Source of the DNA: Acidimicrobiales bacterium
GTDB taxonomy: Bacteria; Actinomycetota; Acidimicrobiia; Acidimicrobiales; UBA8190
Length of the DNA: 31,631 nucleotides
Assembly: GCA_035506735.1 (NCBI GenBank)
Contig: DATJOV010000082.1
Location: 1 to 31,631, forward strand
Direction: 5' to 3'
In this document: one piece after another, positions 6,729 to 15,916 of the stretch
How the letters are laid out: every line of letters starts with the position of its first letter
Numbering within the stretch: the stretch's first letter is position 1
Made by a program: the position numbers and the translations under genes
The notes under the pieces: generated by a model
Seen by the model: the letters and a program-made list of their open reading frames with translations, nothing else
Told to the model about the DNA's origin: nothing
Databases searched by the model: none

Positions 6729-8113
6729 CGTGCCCCCACTGTGGCCGGCGCCGCCAGGGCGCGGCGCAACGAGGCCCCGTCGCTGCGCACGACCTCCACC
6801 GGTCGGGGGAGCTCGGCCGGGGTCATGCCGTCGAGGAAGCGGCCCTCGGACAGGCAGACGTCGGGGAGCAGGTAGCGCTGTCCCTCGGGCTCGTCGGCGA
6901 GGGCCCGGGCGATGTCGGTGCCGGTGAGGAGCCCGGTCACGGCGATGTTGCCCCCGAAGAAGCGGTTGGGCACCACCACCAGGCGGGCCGCCTCGTGGCC
7001 GGCGGCGAGGAGGGGGCCGAGCACGGCCGCCCCGTACTCGCCCGTCACCACGGCGGTGGGCCCGCCCCCCCGGACGGGGGCGGTGCCCAGGACCACGGGC
7101 GTCGGCGCCCCGGCCCGCGCCGCCCGGTAGCCGGCTGGAGGGGCGCCGTCGACGGCGGCGAAGAACCCGGGGCGGGTCCCGAAGGCGGCGTCCTCGTCGC
7201 CCCCGAAGGCGGCGGCGAAGGCCCGGGCCATCCCCACCCCGTTCTCGTGCTGGGGGAAGCCGTCGTAGGCCTCGGCGGCCGGGAAGGGCCGGCCCGCCAG
7301 GAGGTAGTACTCGTCGGCGGCGTACACCAGGCGCCGCCCCAGGGCGCCGAGGCACAGGGCCTGCCACTGCTCCACCGCGTCCACCACGGCGGCGGCCTCG
7401 TCGGCGCGGTGGGGCCGCATGGCGGGCTCGGTGGTGTGGTCGCTCACCCCGAGGGGCACGCAGGCGGCGGTGGCCAGCTCGGGGTACTCGTCCACGATCC
7501 CGGCCAGGGTGCCCTCGAGGACGGCCCCGTCGTTGACACCGGGGCACACCACGATCTGGCCGTGCACCTCGATGCCCCCGTCGAGCAGGGCACGCAGCCA
7601 CCGCAGGCTGGTGGCGCCGCGCCGGTTGCGAAGCATGCGGGCCCGCACCCCGGGGTCGGTGGCGTGGATGGACACGAACAGGGGGGACAGCCGTTCCTCC
7701 AGGACGCGCTCGAGGTCGAGCTCGGTGAAGCGGGTGAGGGTGGTGAAGTTGCCGTACAGGAAGGAGAGGCGGTAGTCGTCGTCCTTCAGGTACAGGCTGC
7801 GGCGCATGCCCGGCGGGAGCTGGTAGATGAAGCAGAACTCGCAGTGGTTGTCGCACGTGCGGACCCGGTCGAAGACGGCCGAGGACACCTCGATCCCGGC
7901 CGGGGTGCCGGCCTCTTTGTCCAGGGCCACGGTGAGCTCGTGGTGGCCCCGGCGCACCTCGAGCTCGGGATGGGCGTCGTCGACGAGGAGGCGGTACTCG
8001 ATGACGTCCCGGGGGGCGCGCCCCCCCACCAGCACCAGCTCGTCGCCCACCTGGAGGCCGGCTCGGGCCGCCGGGGACCCGGGGGCCACCGACACGACCC
8101 GGGGCCCCGACAT
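6725..8113 (-). CDS. DUF512 / TIGR03279-like radical SAM protein with N-terminal PDZ domain
   Basis: PDZ-like VAPGSPAARAGLQVGDEL; CDNHCEFC (CxxxCxxC); LYLKDDDYRLSFLYGNFTTLT; SIHATDP; QIVVCPGVNDG; YDGFPQHENGVG. ATG 8113 sits 7 nt after TAGCCT. Confidence 0.9.
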   Translation of the reverse strand: MSGPRVVSVAPGSPAARAGLQVGDELVLVGGRAPRDVIEYRLLVDDAHPELEVRRGHHELTVALDKEAGTPAGIEVSSAVFDRVRTCDNHCEFCFIYQLPPGMRRSLYLKDDDYRLSFLYGNFTTLTRFTELDLERVLEERLSPLFVSIHATDPGVRARMLRNRRGATSLRWLRALLDGGIEVHGQIVVCPGVNDGAVLEGTLAGIVDEYPELATAACVPLGVSDHTTEPAMRPHRADEAAAVVDAVEQWQALCLGALGRRLVYAADEYYLLAGRPFPAAEAYDGFPQHENGVGMARAFAAAFGGDEDAAFGTRPGFFAAVDGAPPAGYRAARAGAPTPVVLGTAPVRGGGPTAVVTGEYGAAVLGPLLAAGHEAARLVVVPNRFFGGNIAVTGLLTGTDIARALADEPEGQRYLLPDVCLSEGRFLDGMTPAELPRPVEVVRSDGASLRRALAAPATVGAR

Positions 8114-8117
8114 GGTG

Positions 8118-8158
8118 CCCAGGCTACCCGGGGCCGCCGACGGTCCCGGTAGCCTGGG
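8118..8158. promoter_or_regulatory. Bidirectional leaderless promoter region with a perfect 11-bp inverted repeat
   Basis: cccaggctacc (8118-8128), 19-nt spacer, ggtagcctggg (8148-8158). Each arm contains TAGCCT 6-7 nt before an ATG. Confidence 0.7.
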
Positions 8159-8161
8159 ACG

Positions 8162-9226
8162 ATGGCCGTGGAGCGCGTCCTGCTGGCCTCGCCCCGGGGC
8201 TTCTGCGCCGGGGTGGAGAAGGCCATCAAGGCCCTGGCGTGGATGGTGCGGGTGTTCGAGCCCCCCGTCTACTGCTACCACGAGATCGTCCACAACCGGC
8301 ACGTGGTGGAGCAGTTCCGGGCCCGGGGCGTGGTGTTCGTGGACGACGTGACCGAGGTCCCGGCCGGCGCCCCCCTCATGCTCTCGGCCCACGGGTCGGC
8401 CCCGGCCGTGGTGCGCGCCGCCCGCGACCGCCACCGGGTGGTCGTCGACGCCGTGTGCCCCCTCGTCACCAAGGTCCACCACGAGCTCAAGGTGCGGGCC
8501 GGGAAGGGCTACACCGTGCTGTACGTGGGCCACGAGGGCCACGAGGAGGCGGTAGGGACCATGGCCGTGGCGCCCGAGGCGGTGCTCCTGGTGCGGGACG
8601 AGGACGACGTGGAGGCGGCCGCGGCCGAGCTGGCCCCCGACACCCCCGTGGCCCTCCTGGCCCAGACCACCCTCAGCCACGACGAATGGTCCGAGGTGAT
8701 GCGCCGGGCCACCGAGCGCTTCCCCGCCCTGTGGATGCCCAACCGCTCCGACCTGTGCTTCGCCACCACCAACCGCCAGGCCGCCCTCAAGGCCATCGCC
8801 GGGCGGGCCGACGCCGTGGTCGTCATCGGGTCGGACAACTCCTCCAACACCCGGGCCCTGGAGAAGGTGGCCCGGGCCTCGGGCTGCCCCCGGGTCCTGC
8901 GGGTCAACGAGGCCGACGAGCTCCCCGCCGACCTGGCCGGGACGGTGGGGGTGACGGCGGGCGCCTCGGCCCCCGACGAGCTCGTGGCGGCCGTGGTGGC
9001 CCGCCTCGCCCCCCGGGGCGGGGTGGAGGAGGTCCACGTCACCGACGAGGACGAGTACTTCCCGCCCCCGCCCGAGCTGCGCGACCTCCTGCGGGGGCTC
9101 GGGGCGGTGCTGGCCCTGGGGCTGTGGGCCCCCCCGCCCGGTGCCGGCGCCGACGAGGGGGGTGGCCCCGGGACCGGGGACCGCCAGGTCTCGGCCGCCG
9201 ACGTCCTCGCCGTCCTGGCCGGTTGA
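8162..9226 (+). CDS. ispH: 4-hydroxy-3-methylbut-2-enyl diphosphate reductase
   Basis: PRGFCAGV, HEIVHN, SAHG, DAVCPLVTKVH, GHEGHEE, AQTTLS, DLCFATTNRQ, SSNT, GVTAGASAP. Confidence 0.97.
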   Translation: MAVERVLLASPRGFCAGVEKAIKALAWMVRVFEPPVYCYHEIVHNRHVVEQFRARGVVFVDDVTEVPAGAPLMLSAHGSAPAVVRAARDRHRVVVDAVCPLVTKVHHELKVRAGKGYTVLYVGHEGHEEAVGTMAVAPEAVLLVRDEDDVEAAAAELAPDTPVALLAQTTLSHDEWSEVMRRATERFPALWMPNRSDLCFATTNRQAALKAIAGRADAVVVIGSDNSSNTRALEKVARASGCPRVLRVNEADELPADLAGTVGVTAGASAPDELVAAVVARLAPRGGVEEVHVTDEDEYFPPPPELRDLLRGLGAVLALGLWAPPPGAGADEGGGPGTGDRQVSAADVLAVLAG

Positions 9227-10737
9227 GCGACCCCGCCGCCGGCACCCTGCGCCTGGCCAGCCCGGCGGGCCGCTGGGTCCTGACGGCGGCGGTGCTCGGC
9301 TCCACCCTGGCGGCGATCGACTCCACCGTGGTGGGCATCGCCCTCCCCGCCATCGGCCGCACCTTCTCCCTCTCGGTGTCCAGCCTGCAGTGGGTGGTGA
9401 GCGCCTACCTCCTGGCCCTGGCCGGGCTCCTCCTGGTGGGCGGGGCCCTGGGCGACCGCTACGGCCGGCGCCGGGTGTTCCTGGTGGGGACGGCGTGGTT
9501 CGCCCTGGCCTCGGCCCTGTGCGCCGCCGCCCCCGACGCCACCGTGCTCATCGGGGCCCGGGCCCTCCAGGGCGTGGGCGGGGCCCTCCTCACCCCCGGG
9601 TCCCTGGCCATCATCCAGGCCTCCTTCGCCCCCGACGACCGGGGCCGGGCCATCGGGGCCTGGTCCGGGCTGGGCGGGGTGGGCACGGCCGTCGGGCCCC
9701 TGGTGGGCGGGGTGCTCATCGGGGCGGCCTCGTGGCGGGCCATCTTCCTCATCAACCTCCCCCTGGCGGCGGCGGTGCTGGTCCTGGGCCGCCGCCACGT
9801 CCCCGAGAGCCGCGACCCCTCGGCCCGGGGGCGGGTGGACCTCCCCGGCGCCGCCCTGGTGACGGCGGGCCTGGTGGGGCTGGTGGCCGCCCTCATCGCC
9901 GCCCCGGGCCGGGGCTGGAGCGCCGCCCCGGTGCTGGGCGGCCTGGTGGGAGGGACGGCGTGCTTCGGGCTCTTCGTGGCCCGGGAGCGCCGCACCCCCA
10001 ACCCCGTCCTGCCTCTGGGGATCTTCCGGGTCCGGCAGTTCAGCGCCACCAACGCCGTCACCTTCGTCGTCTACGCCGCCCTGGGCGGGGCCCTGTTCCT
10101 CCTGCCCGTGCAGCTGGAGGTGGTGGCCCGCTACTCGGCCCTCGAGGCCGGGGCCTCGCTCCTCCCCCTGACCGCGCTCATGCTGGCCTTCTCGGCCCGC
10201 TCGGGGATGGTGGCCGCCCGCATCGGGCCCCGGCGCCAGATGGCCCTGGGCCCGGTGATCGTGGGGGTGGGCATGGTGCTCCTGCGCCTCGTCGGCCCGT
10301 CCGGGTCCTACCTCACCGCCGTGCTCCCCGGAGTCCTCGTCCTGGGCGTGGGCCTCGTCATCACCGTGGCGCCCCTCACCGCCACGGCCCTGTCCTCGGC
10401 CCCGGTCGAGCACGCCGGGATCGCCTCGGCCGTCAACAACGACGTGGCCCGGACCGGGAGCCTCATCGCCGTGGCCGAGCTGCCCGTGGTGGCGCAGGTC
10501 GGAGGGCGCAGCTACCTGCACCCCGCCGTGTTCGCCGCCGGGTTCCGCACCGCCGTGGTGGTGGCCGGGGTGGCCGCCGCCGCCGGCGGGGTGCTGGCCG
10601 CCGTCCTGGTGCGCGACCACCCTCCCGCTCCACCCTCGGGGGGGGAGCCCGCCCCCGCCCCGCCGAGGGCCCTGTCGTGCCCGCTCGAGGCCACCCCGCT
10701 GGCCGCGCCGGCCCACGCCGGCGCCGAGCGGGCCTAG
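9223..10737 (+). CDS. MFS transporter, DHA2 (14-TMS) family
   Basis: 3' part of ORF 8239..10737. TTG 9223 overlaps the ispH TGA (TTGA). IDSTVVGIALP, LQWVVSAY, GALGDRYGRRR (motif A), GVGTAVGPLVGG (motif C), WRAIFLINLP. Confidence 0.9.
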   Translation: MSDPAAGTLRLASPAGRWVLTAAVLGSTLAAIDSTVVGIALPAIGRTFSLSVSSLQWVVSAYLLALAGLLLVGGALGDRYGRRRVFLVGTAWFALASALCAAAPDATVLIGARALQGVGGALLTPGSLAIIQASFAPDDRGRAIGAWSGLGGVGTAVGPLVGGVLIGAASWRAIFLINLPLAAAVLVLGRRHVPESRDPSARGRVDLPGAALVTAGLVGLVAALIAAPGRGWSAAPVLGGLVGGTACFGLFVARERRTPNPVLPLGIFRVRQFSATNAVTFVVYAALGGALFLLPVQLEVVARYSALEAGASLLPLTALMLAFSARSGMVAARIGPRRQMALGPVIVGVGMVLLRLVGPSGSYLTAVLPGVLVLGVGLVITVAPLTATALSSAPVEHAGIASAVNNDVARTGSLIAVAELPVVAQVGGRSYLHPAVFAAGFRTAVVVAGVAAAAGGVLAAVLVRDHPPAPPSGGEPAPAPPRALSCPLEATPLAAPAHAGAERA

Positions 10738-10749
10738 GACCGGGCGCCC

Positions 10750-11448
10750 TCAGCGCCGGGCCGCCGCCTGGGCCTCGGCCCGGTCGTAGAGGCGCTGGAG
10801 CTCGGCCGCCAGGGTCTCGGTCAGGGCGTGCACCTGGCTGCGCGGCACCCGCCCCTTGGCCGAGCGGGCCGGCGCCGGCAGGGGCTCGCCCACCACCAGG
10901 TTCACCTTCACCGGGCGCACCATCTTCGACCCCTTCGGCATGGCCTGGGCCGAGCCCCCGATGCCGATGGGGACGACCGCCGCCCCGGTGCGCGCCGCGA
11001 GGAAGGCCGTCCCCTCCCGCAGGTCCTCGACCACCGGCCCCGAGCGCCGGGTGCCCTCGGGGAAGAGGATGAGGACCTCGTCGCGCTCGAGGACGTCCTG
11101 GGCCCGGTCCAGGGCCAGGCGGTCCGCCCCCTCGCGGTGGACGGGGAAGGCCCCCACGTTGTCGAGGAAGGCCCCGAGGAGACGGTGGCGCCACATCTCC
11201 TCCTTGGTCATGTAGAAGATCTTGCGGGGCGTGACCTCCGACACCACGAAGAAGTCCAGGAAGCTGCGGTGCACGGGGGCCAGGATGACCGGGCCCGTGG
11301 CCGGGACGTTCCCGGCCCCCTCCACCTCCACCCGGAAGTAGGCGCGGTTGGCGGCGTGGGCCAGCCACCGCAGGCCCCGGTAGACGCCGTCGGGGAAGCG
11401 CACCGCCATGTGGCGGTCGGGCACGGGCCGCTCCAGGGTCACAGACAC
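10750..11448 (-). CDS. plsC: 1-acyl-sn-glycerol-3-phosphate / lysophospholipid acyltransferase
   Basis: PVHRSFLD (HxxxxD), FPEGTR, VVPIGI; directly follows cmk. Confidence 0.88.
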   Translation of the reverse strand: MSVTLERPVPDRHMAVRFPDGVYRGLRWLAHAANRAYFRVEVEGAGNVPATGPVILAPVHRSFLDFFVVSEVTPRKIFYMTKEEMWRHRLLGAFLDNVGAFPVHREGADRLALDRAQDVLERDEVLILFPEGTRRSGPVVEDLREGTAFLAARTGAAVVPIGIGGSAQAMPKGSKMVRPVKVNLVVGEPLPAPARSAKGRVPRSQVHALTETLAAELQRLYDRAEAQAAARR

Positions 11449-12098
11449 CCGAGCACCTCCTCCAGGACGGCCCGGGCCGACTTGCCGGTCGAGTCGATCA
11501 CGGTGGCGTCGGCGGCCACGTCGTCGGGCGAGGGCAGGGGCGAGGTGGACCGGGTCGAGTCCAGGGCGTCGCGCCGGGCCAGGGAGCGGGCCACGTCGTC
11601 GATGCTGCGCCCGTCGGCCCGCTCGGCGGCGCGCCGCTCGGCCCGGATGGTGGGGGCGGCCGTCAGGTAGATCTTGAGGTCGGCGTGGGGGAGCACCACG
11701 GTGCCGATGTCACGCCCCTCCACCACGCCCCGGCCCCGCCCCTCGACCCAGGCCCGCTGGCGGCGGACCAGCTCGGTCCGGACCTCGGGGTTGGCGGCCA
11801 CCTGGGACACGGCCGCGTCGACCTCGGCCGAGCGGATCCCGGCCGTGGCGTCCTCGCCGTCCACCACGACCCGCTCGCCCACCTCGATGGTGGCGGCCCG
11901 GGCCAGGCGGGCCACGGCGGGGGCGTCGGCCGGATCGATCCCGTGGCGCAGGGCCGACCACGCCACGGCCCGGTACATGGCCCCGGTGTCGAGGCGTTCC
12001 ATCCCCAGGTGCTCGGCCACGGCCCGGGCCAGCGTCGACTTGCCGGCCCCGGCCGGCCCGTCGATGGCCACCACCCGGATGTCACCCATCCCCGTCAC
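11439..12098 (-). CDS. cmk: Cytidylate kinase
   Basis: VAIDGPAGAGKST, LDTGAMYRAVA, VVEGRDIGTVV, KIYLTA..RAERR, RRDALDSTR. Confidence 0.96.
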   Translation of the reverse strand: MTGMGDIRVVAIDGPAGAGKSTLARAVAEHLGMERLDTGAMYRAVAWSALRHGIDPADAPAVARLARAATIEVGERVVVDGEDATAGIRSAEVDAAVSQVAANPEVRTELVRRQRAWVEGRGRGVVEGRDIGTVVLPHADLKIYLTAAPTIRAERRAAERADGRSIDDVARSLARRDALDSTRSTSPLPSPDDVAADATVIDSTGKSARAVLEEVLGCL

Positions 12099-12107
12099 CC
12101 CGGTCCC

Positions 12108-13436
12108 TCACCCCGGCCCGCCGGCGGTCAGCGCGGCCAGGTGCTCGGTGAAGCGAGGGTAGCTGGTGGCCACGGCCTCCCACCCCGCCACCCGGGTGGT
12201 CCCGGGGGCGGCCAGGCCGGCCACGGCCCCGGCCATGGCCATGCGGTGGTCCCCGCCGGCGTGCAGCGCCCCGGCCCGCAGGGCGCCGGCCCCGTGCACC
12301 ACCAGGGTGTCACCCTCGGCCTCGGCCCGGGCCCCGAAGGCCCGCACCAGCCCGACCACCCCGGCCAGGCGGTCGGACTCCTTCACCCGCAGCTCCCCCA
12401 CCCGGCGGAACTCGGTGGTGCCGGCGGCGCAGGCGGCCGCCACGGCCAGCACCGGGACCTCGTCCAGCCCGGTGATCTCGTCCCCGTCCACCGTGGTGCC
12501 GTGCAGCTCCCCGGCCCGGGCCGTGACGTCGGCGGTGGCGGCCAGGTCGTCCGGGCCGGTGACGGGCTCCTCGGCCAGGTCGGCCCCCATGCGACGCAGC
12601 ACGTCGAGGAAGCCCCGGCGCCCCGGCCCGGTGTAGATGCCGGCCACGGTCACGGCGCTGCCCGGCACCACGCACGCCGCCACCAGCCAGAAGGCGGCCT
12701 GGGAGGGGTCCCCGGGGACGTGCAGGGTGAAGGGGGCCAGGGCCGAGGGGCGCAGCCGCACCACGTAGCACCCGCCCTCCTCCCCCACGGCCAGGTCGGC
12801 CCCGCACCGGGCCAGCAGCTCCTCGGTGTGGACGCGGGTGGCCACCGGCTCGCGCACCACGGTCTCGCCCTCGGCCCCCAGTCCCGCCAGGAGCACGCAC
12901 GACTTCACCTGGGCGCTGGCCATGGGGGGCGTGTAGTCGATGCCGTGCAGGGCGCCCCCCCGGACCCGCACGGGGGGCAGGCAGCGCGCCCCGCGCCCCT
13001 CGACCTCGGCCCCCATGGCCCGCAGGGGCACCGCCACCCGGTCCATGGGGCGACCCGACAGCGAGTCGTCCCCCACCAGCTCGGTGCGCCACGGCCGGGC
13101 CGCCACCACCCCGGCCAGGAGGCGCAGGCTGGTGCCGGAGTTCCCCATGTCGAGGGGGCCGTCGGGGGGCCGCAGCCCACCGGGCCCCGGACCCACCCGC
13201 CCGTCGTCGACCACGGCCCCCATCCGGCGCAGGGCCTCGGCCGTGCGGGCCACGTCCTCGCCGTCGGAGAGGCCGCGCAGGCGCGACGGCCCGGTGGCCA
13301 GGGCCCCGAGCAGGAGGGCCCGGTGCGAGACCGACTTGTCCCCCGGCACGCTCACCCTGCCCCGCAGGGGACGTCCCCCCTCCACCTCCAGGACCCGGCC
13401 CCGGGCCGCCCCGGCGGTGCGCAGCCCCGGGCTCAC
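12108..13436 (-). CDS. aroA: 3-phosphoshikimate 1-carboxyvinyltransferase (EPSP synthase)
   Basis: PGDKSVSHRA, MGNSGTSLR, ASAQVKS, ELRVKESDRL, DHRMAMA. GTG 13436 overlaps the tyrA TGA. Confidence 0.96.
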   Translation of the reverse strand: MSPGLRTAGAARGRVLEVEGGRPLRGRVSVPGDKSVSHRALLLGALATGPSRLRGLSDGEDVARTAEALRRMGAVVDDGRVGPGPGGLRPPDGPLDMGNSGTSLRLLAGVVAARPWRTELVGDDSLSGRPMDRVAVPLRAMGAEVEGRGARCLPPVRVRGGALHGIDYTPPMASAQVKSCVLLAGLGAEGETVVREPVATRVHTEELLARCGADLAVGEEGGCYVVRLRPSALAPFTLHVPGDPSQAAFWLVAACVVPGSAVTVAGIYTGPGRRGFLDVLRRMGADLAEEPVTGPDDLAATADVTARAGELHGTTVDGDEITGLDEVPVLAVAAACAAGTTEFRRVGELRVKESDRLAGVVGLVRAFGARAEAEGDTLVVHGAGALRAGALHAGGDHRMAMAGAVAGLAAPGTTRVAGWEAVATSYPRFTEHLAALTAGGPG

Positions 13437-14512
13437 GCCAGGCTCCGGTGGGTGGCCCGGTAGCCGCGCTCGGCCAGGGCGGCGTGCAGCTTCATGGCGT
13501 CGTCGGCGTCCACCACCAGCACCAGCACCCCCCGGTCCCCCTCGGCGCTGTGGGCGATCTCGACGTCGAAGAGGTTGACCGAGAGGTCGAAGGCGGCCGT
13601 GGTCACCTCGTGCAGGGCGCCGGTGCGGTCGGGGACGGGGACGCGCAGCTCGGCCAGGCGCTCGGGGCGCACGGCCCGGGCCGGGAGCGAGCGGCGGGCC
13701 CCGGTGGCCCGGCCGAGGACGGCCAGGAGCTCGTCGCGCCGCCCCCCCGCCACCCGGTCGCGCATGGCCGTGAGCTCCACCACCACGGCGTCGAGGGCCC
13801 GCACGATGGCGTCGGCGTTCTGGGTGCACAGGTCGGGCCAGATGGCGGGGTCCCCGGCCGCCACCCGCGTCATGTCGCGAAAGCCACCGGCCGCCAGGCG
13901 CAGCAGGGCGGCGTGCTCGGCCGCCAGGCCGTCGGCCAGGTTCATGAGGGTGGCGGCGGTGAGGTGGGGGACGTGCGACACCACCGCCACCAGGGTGTCG
14001 TGCTGGTCGGGGGGCATGGTCACCACGTCGGCGCCGAGCGCGCCGAGCACGGGGCGGAGCCGGGCGTAGGCGCCGGGGTCGGTGGTGGCGGTGGGGGTGA
14101 GGACCCAGGTGGCCCCCACGAAGAGCTCGGCGTCGGCCCCCTCCACCCCGGCCTGCTCCGACCCGGCCATGGGGTGGCCCCCCACGAAGCGGGCGTCGGT
14201 CACCGCCGCCACCACCGGGGCCTTCACCCCGGCCACGTCGGTCACCACCACGTCCCGGGACCGGGCCCGGGCCAGGGCGGCCCGGGCCGCGCCGGGGACG
14301 GCCCCGGCCGGGGTGGCCACGAACACCACCTCGGCCTCGGGGTCCTCCCCCACGGCGTCGATCGCCTCGAGCTCGAGGGCCCGCCGGGCCCGGTCGGGGT
14401 CGACGTCGGTGCCGGTGACCCACCAGCCGCCCGCCCGTAGGGCGAGCCCCAGGGAGCCCCCGATGAGCCCGGTGCCGACGACCGCGGCCCGGCGGGCGCG
14501 GTCGGTGGCCAT
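13433..14512 (-). CDS. tyrA: Prephenate/arogenate dehydrogenase with C-terminal ACT domain
   Basis: VVGTGLIGGSLG Rossmann motif, TDVAGVK, FVGGHPMAGSE, HDTLVAVVSHVPH, GGFRDMTRVA; ACT-like VPVPDRTGAL. Confidence 0.93.
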   Translation of the reverse strand: MATDRARRAAVVGTGLIGGSLGLALRAGGWWVTGTDVDPDRARRALELEAIDAVGEDPEAEVVFVATPAGAVPGAARAALARARSRDVVVTDVAGVKAPVVAAVTDARFVGGHPMAGSEQAGVEGADAELFVGATWVLTPTATTDPGAYARLRPVLGALGADVVTMPPDQHDTLVAVVSHVPHLTAATLMNLADGLAAEHAALLRLAAGGFRDMTRVAAGDPAIWPDLCTQNADAIVRALDAVVVELTAMRDRVAGGRRDELLAVLGRATGARRSLPARAVRPERLAELRVPVPDRTGALHEVTTAAFDLSVNLFDVEIAHSAEGDRGVLVLVVDADDAMKLHAALAERGYRATHRSLA

Positions 14513-14521
14513 GCCCCGATG

Positions 14522-15340
14522 CTACCCAGGCCCGGCCCGTGGCCCGGTGGGGCGGGACCGGCCCGGCCCGTCCCGACGGGGGGTGGGGCCGGCCGCCCCG
14601 GCCAGGGCGCGCACCTCGGCCGGGGTGAGGTGGCGCCACTGCCCCGGGGCCAGGCGCCGATCGGTCAGGGGGCCGATGCGGGTGCGCACCAGGCGGCGCA
14701 CGGGGAAGCCCACCGCCTCGCACATGCGCCGCACCTGGCGGTTGCGTCCCTCGTGGATGACGATGCGCAGCACCCCGGGGGCGACCACGCCCACCCGGGC
14801 CGGGGCGGTGAGGCCGTCGTCCAGGCGCACCCCGCCCCGCAGGGCCCGAAGGGCAGCGGGCGTGGCCACCCCCGCCGTCTCGGCCAGGTACTCCTTGTCC
14901 ACGCCGAAGGAGGGGTGGGTGAGGCGCTGGGCCAGGGCCCCGTCGTTGGTGAGGACGAGGAGCCCCTCGGTGTCGGCGTCGAGGCGGCCCACCGGGAACA
15001 CCCGGGGCTCGGCTGGGACCAGGGACAGCACCGTGGGCCGGCCCTGGGGATCGCGCGCCGTGGTCAGCACCCCGGCCGGCTTGTGCAGCAGGTAGTGGAC
15101 CAGCCCCGGGGCCAGGGCCAGGGGCGCCCCGTCGAGCTCGACCCGGTCGGTGGCGGGGGCCACCCGCCGCCCGAGGGCCGCCACCTCGCCGTTGACGCGC
15201 ACCCGCCCGGCGGCGATGAGCTCCTCGCACGCCCGCCTGCTCCCCAGCCCGGCCCGGGCCAGGACCTTCTGGAGCCGCTCCCCCTCGGGGGCGTCGTGGG
15301 GCGGGTGGGGACGGGGCGGGGGCGGGCCCCCCTCAGGCAT
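14522..15340 (-). CDS. rluB: Ribosomal large subunit pseudouridine synthase (RsuA/RluB family)
   Basis: S4 domain ERLQKVLARAGLGSRRACEELI; catalytic VGRLDADTEGLLVLTNDG; EGRNRQVRRM. Confidence 0.92.
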   Translation of the reverse strand: MPEGGPPPPRPHPPHDAPEGERLQKVLARAGLGSRRACEELIAAGRVRVNGEVAALGRRVAPATDRVELDGAPLALAPGLVHYLLHKPAGVLTTARDPQGRPTVLSLVPAEPRVFPVGRLDADTEGLLVLTNDGALAQRLTHPSFGVDKEYLAETAGVATPAALRALRGGVRLDDGLTAPARVGVVAPGVLRIVIHEGRNRQVRRMCEAVGFPVRRLVRTRIGPLTDRRLAPGQWRHLTPAEVRALAGAAGPTPRRDGPGRSRPTGPRAGPG

Positions 15341-15905
15341 CGGCGCCCGGGCGCAGGCGCTCCTCGAGCTGCTCCATGGCCTCGGGACCGGGCAGCAGCT
15401 CCTCCACCGGGGGGAGGTCGTCGAGGCTGAAGATGCCGAGCTTCTCCAGGAAGGCGGGGGTGGTCCCGTACAGGACGGGGGCCCCGGGCCCGGGAGCGTG
15501 GCCCACGGCGGCGATGTAGCCGCGCTGCTCGAGCAGGCGCACCACCCCGTCCACGTTGACCCCCCGCAGGGCCGCCACCTGGGCCCGGGACACGGGCTGG
15601 CGGTAGGCCACGATGGCCAGGGTCTCCAGCGCGGCCGAGGAGAGGCGCGACGAGACGCCCTCCATGGCGAAGCGCTCCACGAACGGGGCCATGTCGGGGT
15701 GGGTCTGGTAGCGGTAGCCCCCCGCCACCTTGGCCAGCACGAAGCCCCGCCCCTGCTCCTCGTAGCCGGCGGCGAGCTCGGCGCAGGCCGTCTCCACCCG
15801 CTCCACCGACATCTCCAGCAGCTCGGCCAGCATGCCCGGGGGAACGGGCTCCACCGCCGCCAGCAGGACGGCCTCGATGGCCCGGTACTCCTCAGGGGGC
15901 GGCAC
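15333..15905 (-). CDS. scpB: Segregation and condensation protein B
   Basis: AIEAVLLAA, VAGGYRYQT, LSSAALETLAIVAYRQPVSR, RGVN, LYGTT..FLEKLGI..LDDLP. Start GTG 15905 is inferred. Confidence 0.94.
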   Translation of the reverse strand: MPPPEEYRAIEAVLLAAVEPVPPGMLAELLEMSVERVETACAELAAGYEEQGRGFVLAKVAGGYRYQTHPDMAPFVERFAMEGVSSRLSSAALETLAIVAYRQPVSRAQVAALRGVNVDGVVRLLEQRGYIAAVGHAPGPGAPVLYGTTPAFLEKLGIFSLDDLPPVEELLPGPEAMEQLEERLRPGADA

Positions 15906-15916
15906 GGGGCCTCGCC

